The notes under the pieces: model-generated
What the model saw: the letters and a program-made list of their open reading frames with translations, nothing else
Databases searched by the model: none
What the model was told of the DNA's origin: nothing
From: Eledone cirrhosa
Lineage: Eukaryota
Direction: 5' to 3'
Assembly (NCBI GenBank): GCA_964016885.1
Contig: OZ024741.1
Coordinates: forward strand, 70,680,001-70,744,000
Length of the DNA stretch: 64,000 bases
Made by a program: the position numbers and the translations under genes
Part shown: positions 28,628 through 40,492 of the stretch, one piece after another
Layout: each line of letters starts with the position of its first letter
Numbering within the stretch: the stretch's first letter is position 1

Positions 28628-29536
28628 ATATATATTATATATATATAGGCTTGGCACTTGTTGGTATAAGACGTGGTTTTCGTCTCTCCAGATTTGAAAT
28701 TTTAATATTTTAAATCGACAGTAATCGGATTTATGTATGGTTTTAAAATTTTCAGAGGACAAGGAAAACATACCAAAAAGATAAGTTTTTGTGCTTTGAC
28801 GCAATTATTTTGAAGTATATTTTACATATATTACCGTTTTAAACATGTTTATTTTCACTGTGATACCTTCTTAGAAGACAACACACACACGTGCTTTCTA
28901 TTTTTCTTGACTACCATACAGAGCATACGTAATCTAATTTTAGTTTAACTTAAACAGATCTTGTATTATTTTGATTTTTCTGAGTAACATAATTTAATTT
29001 AATATAATCTTGTTTAATTTGGTATAATCTTATCTGTATTTGACTCGATTTCGTTTTCTTGTTTGATATGCTGATATTACAATAACTTCGTATATTTGTA
29101 AACAAACATTTACATTCAACTTATATACAACTTACATCGTGTTTCTATATCTCTATGATTCCGGTTTCTTCCATTCATTAATTTAATTTAAAATTTATTT
29201 TTATATTTATGAACTGCTATTGCTCACGCTGTCTCTATCTCTCTCCTTCCTTCCTCTCTCTCTCTAGATCAACGAGCTCTCTCTCTCCCTCTCCCTAGAT
29301 CAACGAGCTCTCTCTCTCCCTCTCTCTATCTCCTCTCTCTCCCTCTGACCTTCCCCCCCACTCTTCCCGCTATCTCTCTCGCTCCCCTCTTCTGTCTCCC
29401 CCTTTTCTTTTCTTTTCTTCTGTTTCTCTTTCTTTTTCTCGCTGGAGTTATATCTCTATCTCCCTCCCTCATTCTGCCCCTCTCTAACCTCTACCCTACA
29501 CTTCCCACTGTCTCTCTTTCTCCCCTCCATAGCGAA

Positions 29537-30478
29537 ATGGACTGCATGCAGGAAAAAGGTGAAATCAGGAGTCAACAAAACTGGTCAAAGATGGAACTAG
29601 CGGTTTTGATCAAGGGGTGGACCATGGCTGATGGGTCTCCACCAAGCAAAAAGATGGCGGAGAACCTGAAGAGCCATGGGTTTCTGAGGACCCTGGCACA
29701 GATAGAGAGAAAGAGAAAAGAAATTGAGAAGGCGTATGTCCTCATAGCGCCTCATATGGCGATGCTAAGCCGTGTCCTCAGGGAGGAGAAAACCGAAGGG
29801 AGGGATGAGGAGAAGGAGAGGGAAAAGGAAGAGGAAAAAGAAAAGGAGGAGAGCACAAGCACGGACCTGAAAGAAAATGATATACCCTCCGCCACAGGCA
29901 GGGAGGGCATGCCGGGCAACCAACAAGCTAAGGGCAAAGGTGAAAAGCGAAATCACCTTCCGAAGGAGAACCAAGCGCAGAGGGACCAGTGGACAACTGT
30001 TCAAAGAAAGAACAGAAAGCACCGAGACACTGGGAGCAAAAAACCCCAAGTAATGTGCAATTTTTTCAAGAACGGGACATGCTGGCATGGAGAGACAGGG
30101 ATGGGATGCAGATTCGCCCACCCTAGGTCTCAAACGAACTATGCCCATCATACTCGCGCAACATGCCCCAGCCAAAGCCGAAATAAGCCGCTCCAGAAGT
30201 ATGCTGATGTCGCGTGTGCTCCACCAACAAGGAGAAGGCACGCACATGCCGACGAGATACAGATGGCAGCAGCAGATCAGAAAAATTTTTTAGTGATGGC
30301 AGAGAAGATTGTGGGACAGCTGACCTGGCTGCATCGTCTCCAGAGCCAGGGTCATCCACACCAGCACTCGAGACCACCGCAGTTAAGGGACCCAGAGTGG
30401 CCGCCGCTGACACCAGACCAGGTGTCATACCGACAGCCATTACTGGCACCCCAAAAGTCACACCAGTGCTGCTGCTGA
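29537..30478 (+). CDS. LINE ORF1 protein with CCCH zinc finger
   Basis: Intact 313-aa ATG-initiated ORF containing CNFFKNGTCWHGETGMGCRFAHP (C-x7-C-x8-C-x3-H). Confidence 0.8.
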   Translation: MDCMQEKGEIRSQQNWSKMELAVLIKGWTMADGSPPSKKMAENLKSHGFLRTLAQIERKRKEIEKAYVLIAPHMAMLSRVLREEKTEGRDEEKEREKEEEKEKEESTSTDLKENDIPSATGREGMPGNQQAKGKGEKRNHLPKENQAQRDQWTTVQRKNRKHRDTGSKKPQVMCNFFKNGTCWHGETGMGCRFAHPRSQTNYAHHTRATCPSQSRNKPLQKYADVACAPPTRRRHAHADEIQMAAADQKNFLVMAEKIVGQLTWLHRLQSQGHPHQHSRPPQLRDPEWPPLTPDQVSYRQPLLAPQKSHQCCC

Positions 30479-33432
30479 ATGTCAGGGGCCTGGTGAAACT
30501 CAGCAACATGAGTAAAATTTCCTACCTGGGAGACTTAGCCATAAGCAATCAAGCACTATGCATGGCACTAACCGAAACGCACCTGACAAGCAGTATAGCA
30601 GATGCAGAAATACATATACCGAAATATACTGTATTTCGTTCGGACAGGAAGGAGAGAACTCATGGTGGGGTTGCTCTGTATATCCGTGAAGATGTCACAC
30701 CAATTGTACTGTTGACACATTCAAACTCAGTCTGTGACACACTGATAATACATATGAAGCAACTACAGATGGTAATATGTGTCACATATCGGCCGCCCGA
30801 TGCCCCCAGTCATGAGGGTAAATTTGAGCATAGCCTAAGTAGGATAGAAGAGGTCCTTGACAAACTGGACCAGGGTCTCAACATCCTACTGCTGGGAGAC
30901 TTCAACCTACCAAAGGTCAAATGGCCTGAGGGCCACCTCCTCCCTGGAATGACGTCAATAGAACAGAGACAGACGGAATCCCTGCTGGCCCTCACACACA
31001 GGCTGTTCATGGAGCAAGCAATACTCCTCCCAACAAGAGGCGAAAATGTCCTGGACCTCTGTTTTACAAACAACGAAGTGCTCATCCACAATGTAAAGGT
31101 GACACCAACAATTCTCTCGGATCATAACTTAGTAGAGCTAATGATATGTGGTCCAAGAGAACCAACAGAGACAAAACCACCAAGAAGCTCCGGGATGCTA
31201 TCCAACCTTAACTTCTACAAGGCTAACTGGAAAAAGATTAAGAGTGAAATCTGGAAGCAAACATGGAGTGAAAACACTGCCACACAAGACACTAACACAC
31301 AATTTCAACACTTCATGACAACGATACACACCATATGCAAAAAGTGTGTCCCGGAGAAAGAGGCAAACAGACACAAAAATCTTATTCCCAGAGATAGGAA
31401 AATCCTTATGAGACGTAGAACTAAACTCTCAAACCAGTTGAATAGTCAACAAAACAAAAACAAGAAGGAATCCCATTTGAAACGTGCACTACTTGACACC
31501 GAGATTGCACTCAAACTTTCACATGAGAATGAGAGGGCAAAGAAAGAGAACAGGGCCATAGAAAACATTAAAACAAACCCTAAGGCATTCTTTAAATTTG
31601 CGAAAGAAACTGCCTCAGTACACTGCAAGATTGGACCACTCTTCCACACGGACGGTTGATTAACCGAAAATCCCCAAGAGATATGTGAAATACTGAACGA
31701 ACAGTACAAAAGTGTCTTCACATGTCCACTGAGGCACATGCAAATAACGAAGCCAGAGGAGTTCTTTGATGCCACAACACTACATCAAGAAATGGCAACC
31801 ATCAACCACATAGACATAACGGAGGAGGATGTAGTGTACGCCATTGATGAAATTAGAACAGACTCGGCTGCTGGACCAGATTGATTCCCAGCAGTTCTCC
31901 TAAAAATATGTAAGCGGGCCTTAGCAACTCCACTGAAGATGCTCTTCAGAAACTCCTTGGCTAGCGGTGTACTGCCCAGGGAGCTGAAAGAAGGCACAAT
32001 ATGCCCTATCCATAAAGGAAGTAGTAGAGCGGAGGCCAAGAACTATAGGCCAGTCTCCCTGACGTCGCATATCAGTAAGGTCATGGAGCGAGTCGTCAGA
32101 AAGAAACTAATCACTTTCCTCGAAGAAAATGACCGCCTGACTAGCACGCAACATGGCTTCCGCCCAGGAAGAAGCTGCCTTACACAGCTGCTACATCACT
32201 ACGACTGGGTACTGAGACAACTACTAGACAGCTCACATGTGGACATGATATATCTTGACTTTGCGAAGGCCTTTGACAAGGTCGACCACGGAATGATATG
32301 TCACAAGCTACACGGACTCGGCATAACTGGAAAAGTAGGTGAGTGGCTGCATGGCTTCCTAAGGGACAGAAGCCAGGCAGTCGCAGCAAATGGGGCCCTC
32401 TCAAAGGAAACACCAATAATAAGTGGGGTGCCCCAGGGGACAGTCCTGGGACCACTACTGTTTTTGGTGGCTCTCTCGGACATGCCCTCTGTGGTGCATG
32501 CAACAACATCCCTCACTAGCTATGCTGATGACACTAAGGTAGCACAGGCAATCAAAAACCCGGCTGACGCTGCCCTTTTGCAGCAGGATCTGGATGCCAT
32601 ATACAGATGGGCGGAAGAAAACAACATGCAGTTTAATGCTGGCAAATTCCAAGCCCTACAATACAAACCTGCAAACACAAATATAGTGGAACGCAGCTAC
32701 ACGGGACCGGGAGGGACCGATATCCCCGTGTCAAAATCGATACGAGACCTGGGCATAGACATGAGCGATGATGCATCTTTTTCTTCACACATCATGAAGG
32801 TGGCGACAACAGGTAGACGATTCGCTGGCTGGATCTTGGGGACTTTCCTTACAAGAGATCGAGACACCATGTTGACACTGTGGAGGACTTTTGTCCTAAG
32901 CCGCCTGGACTACTGCTCCCAGCTGTGGTCACCCCATAGTGTCAAACTAACCACGGAGCTTGAGGCAATCCAGCGAAGCTACACCAAGAGGATTGCCAAG
33001 ATGAGGGAGACAAGCTACTGGGAGAGGCTGAAGGAACTGAACCTCTACTCCTTGGAGCGAAGACGGGAGAGATACACAGTGATCTACATGTGGAAAATCC
33101 TGGAGGGACTAGCACCAAACTTTGGCATTGGGAGCTGGACCAACCGTCGAACAGGACGTCACTGTGTGGTGCCAAAGGTCCCGTCTTCCACATCTAGAAT
33201 AAGGAGCAGGTATTGCAATAGCCTGGGATTCAAGGGCCCTCAACTCTTCAACAGGCTGCCGAGGCATCTGAGAGACTTGCATGACGTGGAGGTGGATGTC
33301 TTTAAGAAACATCTCGTCATCTTGTTATCCAGGATCCCGGATGAGCCCACAGCAGGACATGAGGGAAACCTAAGGGCAGCAGCAACAAACTCCCTCCTAC
33401 ACCAGTGGCCAACCTATACAGGCTGGAGATAA
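30214..33432 (+). pseudogene. LINE ORF2 (APE endonuclease and reverse transcriptase) with two in-frame stops
   Basis: Endonuclease motifs LLNVRGL, LTETHL, YRPP, LGDFN, LDL and SDH. RT motifs QHGFRPGRSC, YLDFAKAFDKV, GVPQGTVLGP and YADD. Confidence 0.93.
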
Positions 33433-33506
33433 AATGTGTAGCAGCAAGGGCGGTGCCCCAGCATGGCCTCAGCCGGATGGCTGAAACAGGTAAAAGAGTA
33501 AAAGAG

Positions 33507-33540
<34 letters not shown>

Positions 33541-33678
33541 TATATATATTATATTATATATATATATTATATTATATATATATATTATATTATATATATA
33601 TATTATATTATATATATATATTATATTATATATATATATTATATTATATATATATATATTATATTATATATATTATAT

Positions 33679-33716
<38 letters not shown>

Positions 33717-33719
<3 letters not shown>

Positions 33720-35025
33720 CCCTCTAGTTGATGAAAATGGCACACTTCAAGATAATGCCAAAACCATGTGTTAGATACTGCAGAAACAATACTGCTGTTT
33801 TCAGCAATCCTGATATGGCCGATCTGCGCTGTATCAGTGATGATCTCTAATACACTATATCGGACATAATGTTTGGCGCCCCCGATGTCTTAGCGGCAAT
33901 AAACAAAATTAAACAACAATTCAGCAGTAGACCCCGACAGGTTCCCTGCTTGTGTCCTGAAGGTGTGTCGACACCAACTTGCATCTCCTCTTGCTAATCT
34001 GTGGAGGAACCTACTGGATACTGGCTATATTCCTGAAAACTTTCTGTCCCAGTCCGTTGTCCCAGTCTTCAAAAAGGGAAATAAGTCCCTTGAAGTGAAC
34101 TACCGTCTGATCTCACTCACCTCTCATATTATCAAGGTACTTGAGAGGGTGGTCAGATCACGAATAACCCACTTTCTTGAAAGCAATGGCCTGCTGAACT
34201 CCGGCCAACATGGGTTCCGTAATGGAAGGGACTGCCTAACGCAGCTCCTGTATCACTTTGACGATGTTTTGAGAGCCTTGGGAGAGGGCTCCAACACTGA
34301 TGTCATCTACCTTGATTTCAGCAAGGCCTTTGACAGGGTTGATCATAAAATTCTACTGAAAAAACTATCCATTATTGGTGTCTCTGGAAAGTTACTACGG
34401 TGGATCAAATGTTTCCTGACAGGCAGAACCCAACATGTTGTAGTCGAAGGAGTAAAATCAAGCACTGCCAAAGTCAGCAGTGGCGTCCCACAAGGTACTG
34501 TGTTGGGCCCACTTCTTTTCATCATCTACATTGACATTACTGAGATCATCAAGCACAGAAACATAAGAATCTTCGCAGATGATACCAAGCTCCAAAGGGT
34601 CATCAATGAGGTGGGTGACCGGACTTGCCTTCAGTCAGACCTACTGGCTGTTATCCAATGGGCAGAAAAGATGTTGAATGAGGATAAGTTTGAATTAATC
34701 CACTTTGGAAAAAAGGATGCCCTGAAACTACCATACTCTCTTCCTTCGGGTGAAACTTTAGTGGCATCCAACAACATCAGAGACCTGGGAGTAATTGTGG
34801 ACAACAACATAAGCTGGGCCACTCATATAAACAGCAAAGTTGACATGGCCTGCAGAATGTGTTCCTGGATTCTCAGAAACTTCCAGTCGAGAGATAACCA
34901 CACTGTTATCCTTCCCTTCTCCACTTTTGCCCGACCCCACCTTGAATACTCTTGTCCATAGTGGTCTCCCCACATGAAACAAAGTATCATGAAAGTTGAA
35001 GCACCCCAAAGATCAATTATAAAAA

Positions 35026-35027
<2 letters not shown>
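33717..35027 (+). mobile_element. CR1-group LINE RT fragment, truncated at both ends by (TA)n
   Basis: ORF 33963-34961 contains QHGFRNGRDC, YLDFSKAFDRV, GVPQGTVLGP and FADDTK. Confidence 0.92.
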
Positions 35028-35088
<61 letters not shown>

Positions 35089-35089
<1 letters not shown>

Positions 35090-35132
35090 GCGCAAGGATG
35101 ACACGCAAATTCGTGAAGCATTCCATATTTTT
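35089..35132 (+). pseudogene. U6: U6 snRNA 3' fragment (retrocopy)
   Basis: TGCGCAAGGATGACACGCAAATTCGTGAAGCATTCCATATTTTT matches the conserved metazoan U6 3' end, with one G>A change in GAAGCGTTCC. Confidence 0.9.
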
Positions 35133-35523
35133 AAGTACAAAGTGAAACCTACTACAGTCAGTAGGCACCTCTAACAAAATACACCCCCGTGCCACTACTC
35201 CCACCCCATCCACACCACTCCTTTCAATGTAAAGTTATGTTGGTACCACAACATTCAGCCCGAAACAAATGAGGTCGTGTAGGTGTCACGACAAAAAAAC
35301 ACACAGTCCACGCTGTAATGTGGCCGTGTAGGCAACACGATAAAAAACCTCCCAGTTCCACACTGTAAATATGGTTAGTGTTAGGAAGGGCATCCAGCCG
35401 TAGAAAACCCACCAGACAGTCCTATGCGAGCAAGACAACCACTCTTGCCTCAAGTGGGAAAACTCCCGTCCAAACCCATGCAAGCGTGGAATATGGACGT
35501 TAAACGATGATGATGATGATGAT
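35132..35523 (+). mobile_element. RTE LINE 3' UTR fused to the U6 fragment
   Basis: TAAGTACAAAGTGAAACCTACTACAGTCAGTAGG...GGACGTTAAACG(ATG)n, homologous to 22342-22848. Confidence 0.9.
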
Positions 35524-35710
35524 GGTGGATTGGCAGTATCGGTAGAGGGTTGGACGCCATGCTTTGACGCATAGAGTTACGACCCTTGCGATTCTGAGTT
35601 CAAATCCCGCCGAGGTTAACGTTGCCTTTCATCCTTACGGGGTCGATAAAATAAAGTACCAGTAATACACTGGGTAATTGCTGGCCTTGTGCCAAAAGTA
35701 GAAACAATTA
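35524..35710 (+). mobile_element. SINE with Nin/Deu-like central domain
   Basis: GAGTTCAAATCCCGCCGAGG...GCCTTTCATCCTTACGGGGTCGATAAAATAAAGTACC; many copies elsewhere in the window. Confidence 0.85.
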
Positions 35711-36014
35711 TATATATATATATATATTTTGAGTATATGTTGGTTGTATACCAACACCTCAGTATGCAGGCTGGAGCACTCGACGAAGTGCGCAGGTTGG
35801 TTTGGTTACTCCGGAGTAATGTAAAATAAAGTTAAATAAAAAGTCAAATGTTTAAAATAAATAATATATCGTTTGAATTCATATGATTCCAGTTCCTCAG
35901 TGAAATAACAACCCAACCAGGAACTGGGCATATCAGAGTATTGACAAAATTATACACCTCAACAACATATGTACTTCAACAACATATGTACTTGTCTATA
36001 CCACACTAATTCGG

Positions 36015-36069
36015 ACTGCCCGAAGAGGTCACAGCCAGAGATGGCTGTCACTGAAATATATATAGCAGT
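36015..36069 (+). ncRNA. Minimal hammerhead ribozyme-like motif (Penelope-type), variant core
   Basis: ACUGC-CCGAAGA-GGUCACAGCCA gaga UGGCUGUCACU-GAAA-UAUAUA-UA-GCAGU, inside a roughly 36-bp inverted repeat (35822-35858 / 36085-36121). Confidence 0.6.
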
Positions 36070-36114
36070 AATAAACGAAGCTAAATTTTAAACATTTGAC
36101 TTTTTATTTAACTT

Positions 36115-36175
<61 letters not shown>

Positions 36176-36374
36176 AATATATATATAATAAATGTAATCT
36201 GTGATTTTCGAATATTAATAATAACGTTCGATTAGTTTGCAATTATGCAAACAAGCCTCAATTTTCTTTTATATTCTGCCCGCCGAAATGCGATTCTCGC
36301 TGAATCTTTATTTGTATATATATTATATATATTTACTGGATTTTAGTCTTCACATTTATTATTATTACTATTAT

Positions 36375-37556
36375 GGAGGACTGGGCATGCCATGGCTGAT
36401 GATGCGTAAACATCCGCTGAGGCTGCGACATCTCTGTGCTTCCTTGATGGTGAACAGGTGTGGTTGCCGTTCGCCAGGCACATTTTCCCACACCTCGTCT
36501 CCTTGACAGAGCTGCAGTCCTGGGTCAGAAAAAGACCAAGGGATAGCGCTTGCAAACTGGAATGTCTCCAAGCACTCACTGCCCTCTGCCAGCTGGGCAC
36601 CAGTATCGGTGGAACATCCACCTCGGCATTCTATAGAGGACTAGTGGATGGGGAAGAGCGACGACGTTCTCGGAGAGATCCTGGGCGTCGAAGAAGATCA
36701 GCTGTTTGCTCTCTTCCGGAGAACTTTCAGCCCAGGGTCTATGGATAACTTCCAAAAATCCCTGGCCTGGCAGTGCTACCGGGGAGCGCTGCCGGTTCGA
36801 GATAAGCTCTACAGGCACGGAAGTGCCGTCAGCCGAGCCTGTCCGAGATGCGCGCAGAGCGACGAAACCGTCGTGCACGCACTCGTTCAGTGCCCGAGCA
36901 TTGCTGACTTGTGGAGCTATGTCGAACAGTTGCTGCCGCATGTAGGACTGATCCGGTTATTGACTGAGTCTATTGTGCAGATGATCTCGCTGTCTTCCTT
37001 CGAGGAGGAAGGGCAGGCGGTTTTCATCTGGCTGGTGGCCATGGCGAAAGAGATTGTGTGGTGGACAAGGTTGAAAGGGTTAAAGACAGACATTTTCCTC
37101 TTCGGCGAATCCCTAATTAACTTTTTCAAGAGGAAAATCAGGGTGGAGAGGCAAGTGCTGCTTACTAGCAAGTTTGTTGAAAGGTGGGTGAATGTAGCGA
37201 GAATGGTTCGAGTGAACGGGACCGCTCTGAATATACGTCTGTAGTTTGAGAAATGGAAAAATTGAGAGAGGGCGCTTGCCCTGGTGGTCAGAGTGGCTGT
37301 GGTCTTTTGTGTGGTTTTCGCCACGAGTAACCCTCGGAGGTTTCCCCCCCTATTGGGGAATTTTTCATTGTTTCAATTTTCATTTTTATTGTTTATATAT
37401 ATATATGTTTCTATGTTTTTTTTCTTTTCTTATATAAATAATAAAAATATTACACACACAAAACCCACATCGTACCGTCCTGTGCCATCTGTAATCTTTT
37501 TCTTGATGTCAGCCCTTGTGGCCAATAAAGAAATCATTATTATTATTATTATTATT
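36375..37556 (+). mobile_element. L1/Tx1-clade LINE 3' fragment (zf-RVT region)
   Basis: GGLGMP motif and LAWQCYRGALPVRDKLYRHG...CPRC...ETVVHALVQC; AATAAA followed by an (ATT)n tail. Confidence 0.85.
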
Positions 37557-37774
37557 AAACTTTGCCTTTCATCCTTCCGGGGTCGATAGAATAAAGTACC
37601 AGTAATGCATTGGGTAATTGCTGGCCTTGTGCCAAAAGTAGAAACAATTATTATTATTATTAAAATAAAGAATCCATTATTATTATTATTATTACTATAT
37701 TATATATATATTATATTATATTATATATATATTTATTGGATTTTAGTCTTCACATTTATTATTATTACTATTAT

Positions 37775-38285
37775 TGTTCTTTGAGTCTCAGTCATTAATG
37801 TTATTTAACTGGAAAGTTTGTTGAAATGAATATCAAGCCACTACCTGCAGCCTCAGATATTCAGGACGTATCGGAGGGTTCTTGCTGTTCCCAGCAAGCA
37901 TGCCTTTTGAAGTGTCCCAAAAAGCGGGGCACGACCAATTTTCTTTAACCATCCTTGGAAACTCTTTGAGATAGTACCTAGTGTGTCTATGACAATCGGG
38001 ACCACTTTGACCTCATGGCAGTTCCAAATCCTTTTTACCTCCCACTTTAAGTCCTGGTATCGGTTAATTTTCTCCCTCTCCTTCTCTTGCACTCTCGTGT
38101 CGAATGGGCAGGCTACATCCACAATCAGGCACAATCTTTTTCCCTTGTCCAAAACCACCAGGTCAGGTCTATTGTGTTCCAGTTTCTTGTCCGTCTGTAT
38201 CCTAAAATCCCACAACACTTTCACCTGATCGTTTTCCATCACCAACTCTGGCTTATGCTCATACCACTTCTCAGAATGTGGTAAA
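37775..38285 (-). mobile_element. R4/Dong-clade LINE 3' fragment (restriction-like endonuclease)
   Basis: LWDFRIQTDKKLEHNRPDLVVLDK...IVDVACPFD...EKINRYQDL...LQKACLLGTARTLR, flanked by ATT/TAA repeats. Confidence 0.88.
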
Positions 38286-38495
38286 TTGTTTACTTTTATA
38301 TTACTATTATTATTATTATTATTACTATATTATATATATTATATATATATATATATTAATCATTATTATCAATTAACGTCCATCTTCCACGCTTATATAT
38401 ATTATATTGTATATATTATATAATATATATTATATATACTAAATATATATATATATTCTATCATTTAAAAAACATGTTCCTTACCCTTTTTTCAG

Positions 38496-38595
38496 GTTTA
38501 TGCCACAGCTAATAATGAAGCTCATGAATTCACTGCCAAAATAGATTCCAAACACAACATGACCATTTGTGATGGTAACTGGTTTAAGGTTGAAT
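38496..38595 (+). CDS. LanA: Laminin alpha chain exon (LG5)
   Basis: Acceptor CCCTTTTTTCAG|, donor T|GTAAGT, phase 0 to 1. Peptide VYATANNEAHEFTAKIDSKHNMTICDGNWFKVE contains the CDG.W motif of LG5. Confidence 0.9.
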
Positions 38596-39146
38596 GTAAG
38601 TTCCATTATAATTATAATTTGAAAATCATAGAATGCCAGGGTAAATGCCAGTATAATATCTATTTTAAGTAAGGTAGCATTTAGCGCCTTCATTACCATA
38701 TATCTAATGCAAAACACTGTCTAAATTTTTCAAATGCTTTTTAAGATAATCAAACACCTGAAGAGCTTTGTTAATGTAACATGTCTTCACATTATTATAT
38801 CGGTGTTTTGCATAAAATTATAATAGAGGGTTTTTAGATAAATACAAACACTTTAAAATAAACAGTTTGTATCATAGAACCAGGATGGTTTCAGATGTCT
38901 TGGATTCAAAGTGTTAAAATGTTTTAGATTTAAAAAGAATCCCAGTTGACCAAAGGAATATAGTTTGTGTGTATCAGTGTTAGTGTCTCCCAAACAATAT
39001 ATCCTGGTGGTCACTCAACAATATTTTCTTGATATATCTAATTCAAAATAAAGGTCGCTGCTTCTTCTCTTCCCTTCTATTACATTATTTCATATATTTA
39101 TTCTTTTACATTTTCTGTATTCTAATTTTTAATTTCTCTTCCATAG

Positions 39147-39269
39147 TGGGAAAATATAAGCAGCTCCTCACATTGTCTGTGACTGGCTTCAAAAGAAATG
39201 ATATATTTGGTCATAGAGGTGTTAGTGAGACTAAAACAAATGATCCACTCTATATTGGAGGCATACCTG
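39147..39269 (+). CDS. LanA: Laminin alpha chain exon (LG5)
   Basis: Acceptor TTTCTCTTCCATAG|, donor G|GTAAGA, phase 1 to 1. Peptide GKYKQLLTLSVTG...ETKTNDPLYIGGIP. Confidence 0.92.
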
Positions 39270-39784
39270 GTAAGAGAACATTTTCTTGGTTCATTTTATT
39301 TATTTGTGGTGCAGCTAACTAGAAAAATAAATTAGACAAATCATTAAACTCTATTAGTGATGGGCTTTTTCCTGTAATACAAAAATGTATAGTTTCATAT
39401 AATCTAGAGCCTATTACTCTGCTGAGCTTACAAACAATTTAAATTATGATATTAGTTTTAAGAAAATCTAATAATCAATTTACTTGATGCTGTTCACACT
39501 GAGATCATTAAACATGGCTGGCTTCCCATCAGAGCTGGAACCAGAAGTGTTAGACTGAGGTGGTAGCCAAAAAAACAGACAGTACCACAATTTTTCTGTT
39601 CCAAGACAGTAAGCCCTTTATCTGGGATGTGAGCTGTTGCAGTACTTTCTCCAGTGGCAACCTGCTGAATACAGCATCAAACTCGGGTTTCATTGCCCAA
39701 CAGGCTAAGGAGTACCAGCTGTTCTTTGAAAGATTTCTTGTTGGATCCATAGTGGTAAAAACATCTGATGTCCTATGTGCTTAA

Positions 39785-39987
39785 CCCTTTAGCATTTAAA
39801 CTGACCATATCTGGCCAGAATTCTCTCACCTCTTGCTGTTCAAACTGGCTATAACTGGCTGCTCATACTTAAGGTATTGTTCTCAAAATAAATAATATCA
39901 AAATCTCATAGATTTGATATTATGTGAGATAAAGTGTTTACCGTGAAAATACAATAGTAAATATAAATTAATATAAATGCTAAAGGG
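39785..39987. mobile_element. piggyBac-type MITE
   Basis: TTAA|CCCTTTAGCATTTA...TAAATGCTAAAGGG|TTAA: 14-bp perfect TIRs and a TTAA target duplication. Confidence 0.85.
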
Positions 39988-40492
39988 TTAACCCACTTTA
40001 AATGAGTTTGATTGGCTCTTTTGGTGCATCTTTTTTGCCATCTTCTGGAGTAACCCATTCACCATTACCCGTAAGGATGAAAGGCAAAGTTAATCACGCC
40101 GAGGTTAACTTTGCCTTTCATCCTTATGTGGTTTATAAAATAAAGTACCAGTAATGTACTAGGTAATTGCTGGCCTTGTGCCAAAAGTAGAAACAATTAT
40201 ATCCATGAGGACTACGAAGCAACCAAAAGATTATATCTCTGTGTCAGGTTGATTATGAAAAATGTTACTTTGCAAGATATAGGAGAAACCTTTTGGTGAT
40301 TTATCAATATAAGCCACATTGTCTGTAAAAGGTAGGCTTGTTGATGCATTGAAACTAAAATGCATTTTTGTATGTAATGAATTAAAAGAAGAAATGGAAT
40401 GGAGAAATAGTTAGTAATTATGTTTGAAAGCTAAAAATTAATATCGCCTATAAAATTAATATTAAATTATCTAACCTGACTTTCTCTTTCAG

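Larger units (their letters stand above)
29230..33508 (+). mobile_element. Near full-length CR1-group LINE (TC-rich 5' UTR, ORF1, ORF2 EN+RT, (GTAAAAGA)n tail)
   Basis: ORF1 is 29537-30478. ORF2 stays in one frame from 30214 to 33432 with only two TGA stops (31657, 31882). Confidence 0.95.

Noticed and set aside
31657-31884. Both ORF2 stops are TGA (selenocysteine or readthrough?)
   Set aside because: Each is one substitution from the expected codon (likely CGA, and GGA in the conserved GPDG motif), so these are ordinary nonsense mutations. No SECIS was recognised.
40070-40130. Hairpin GTAAGGATGAAAGGCAAAGTTAA...TTAACTTTGCCTTTCATCCTTA
   Set aside because: Back-to-back fragments of the abundant SINE, not a distinct RNA gene.
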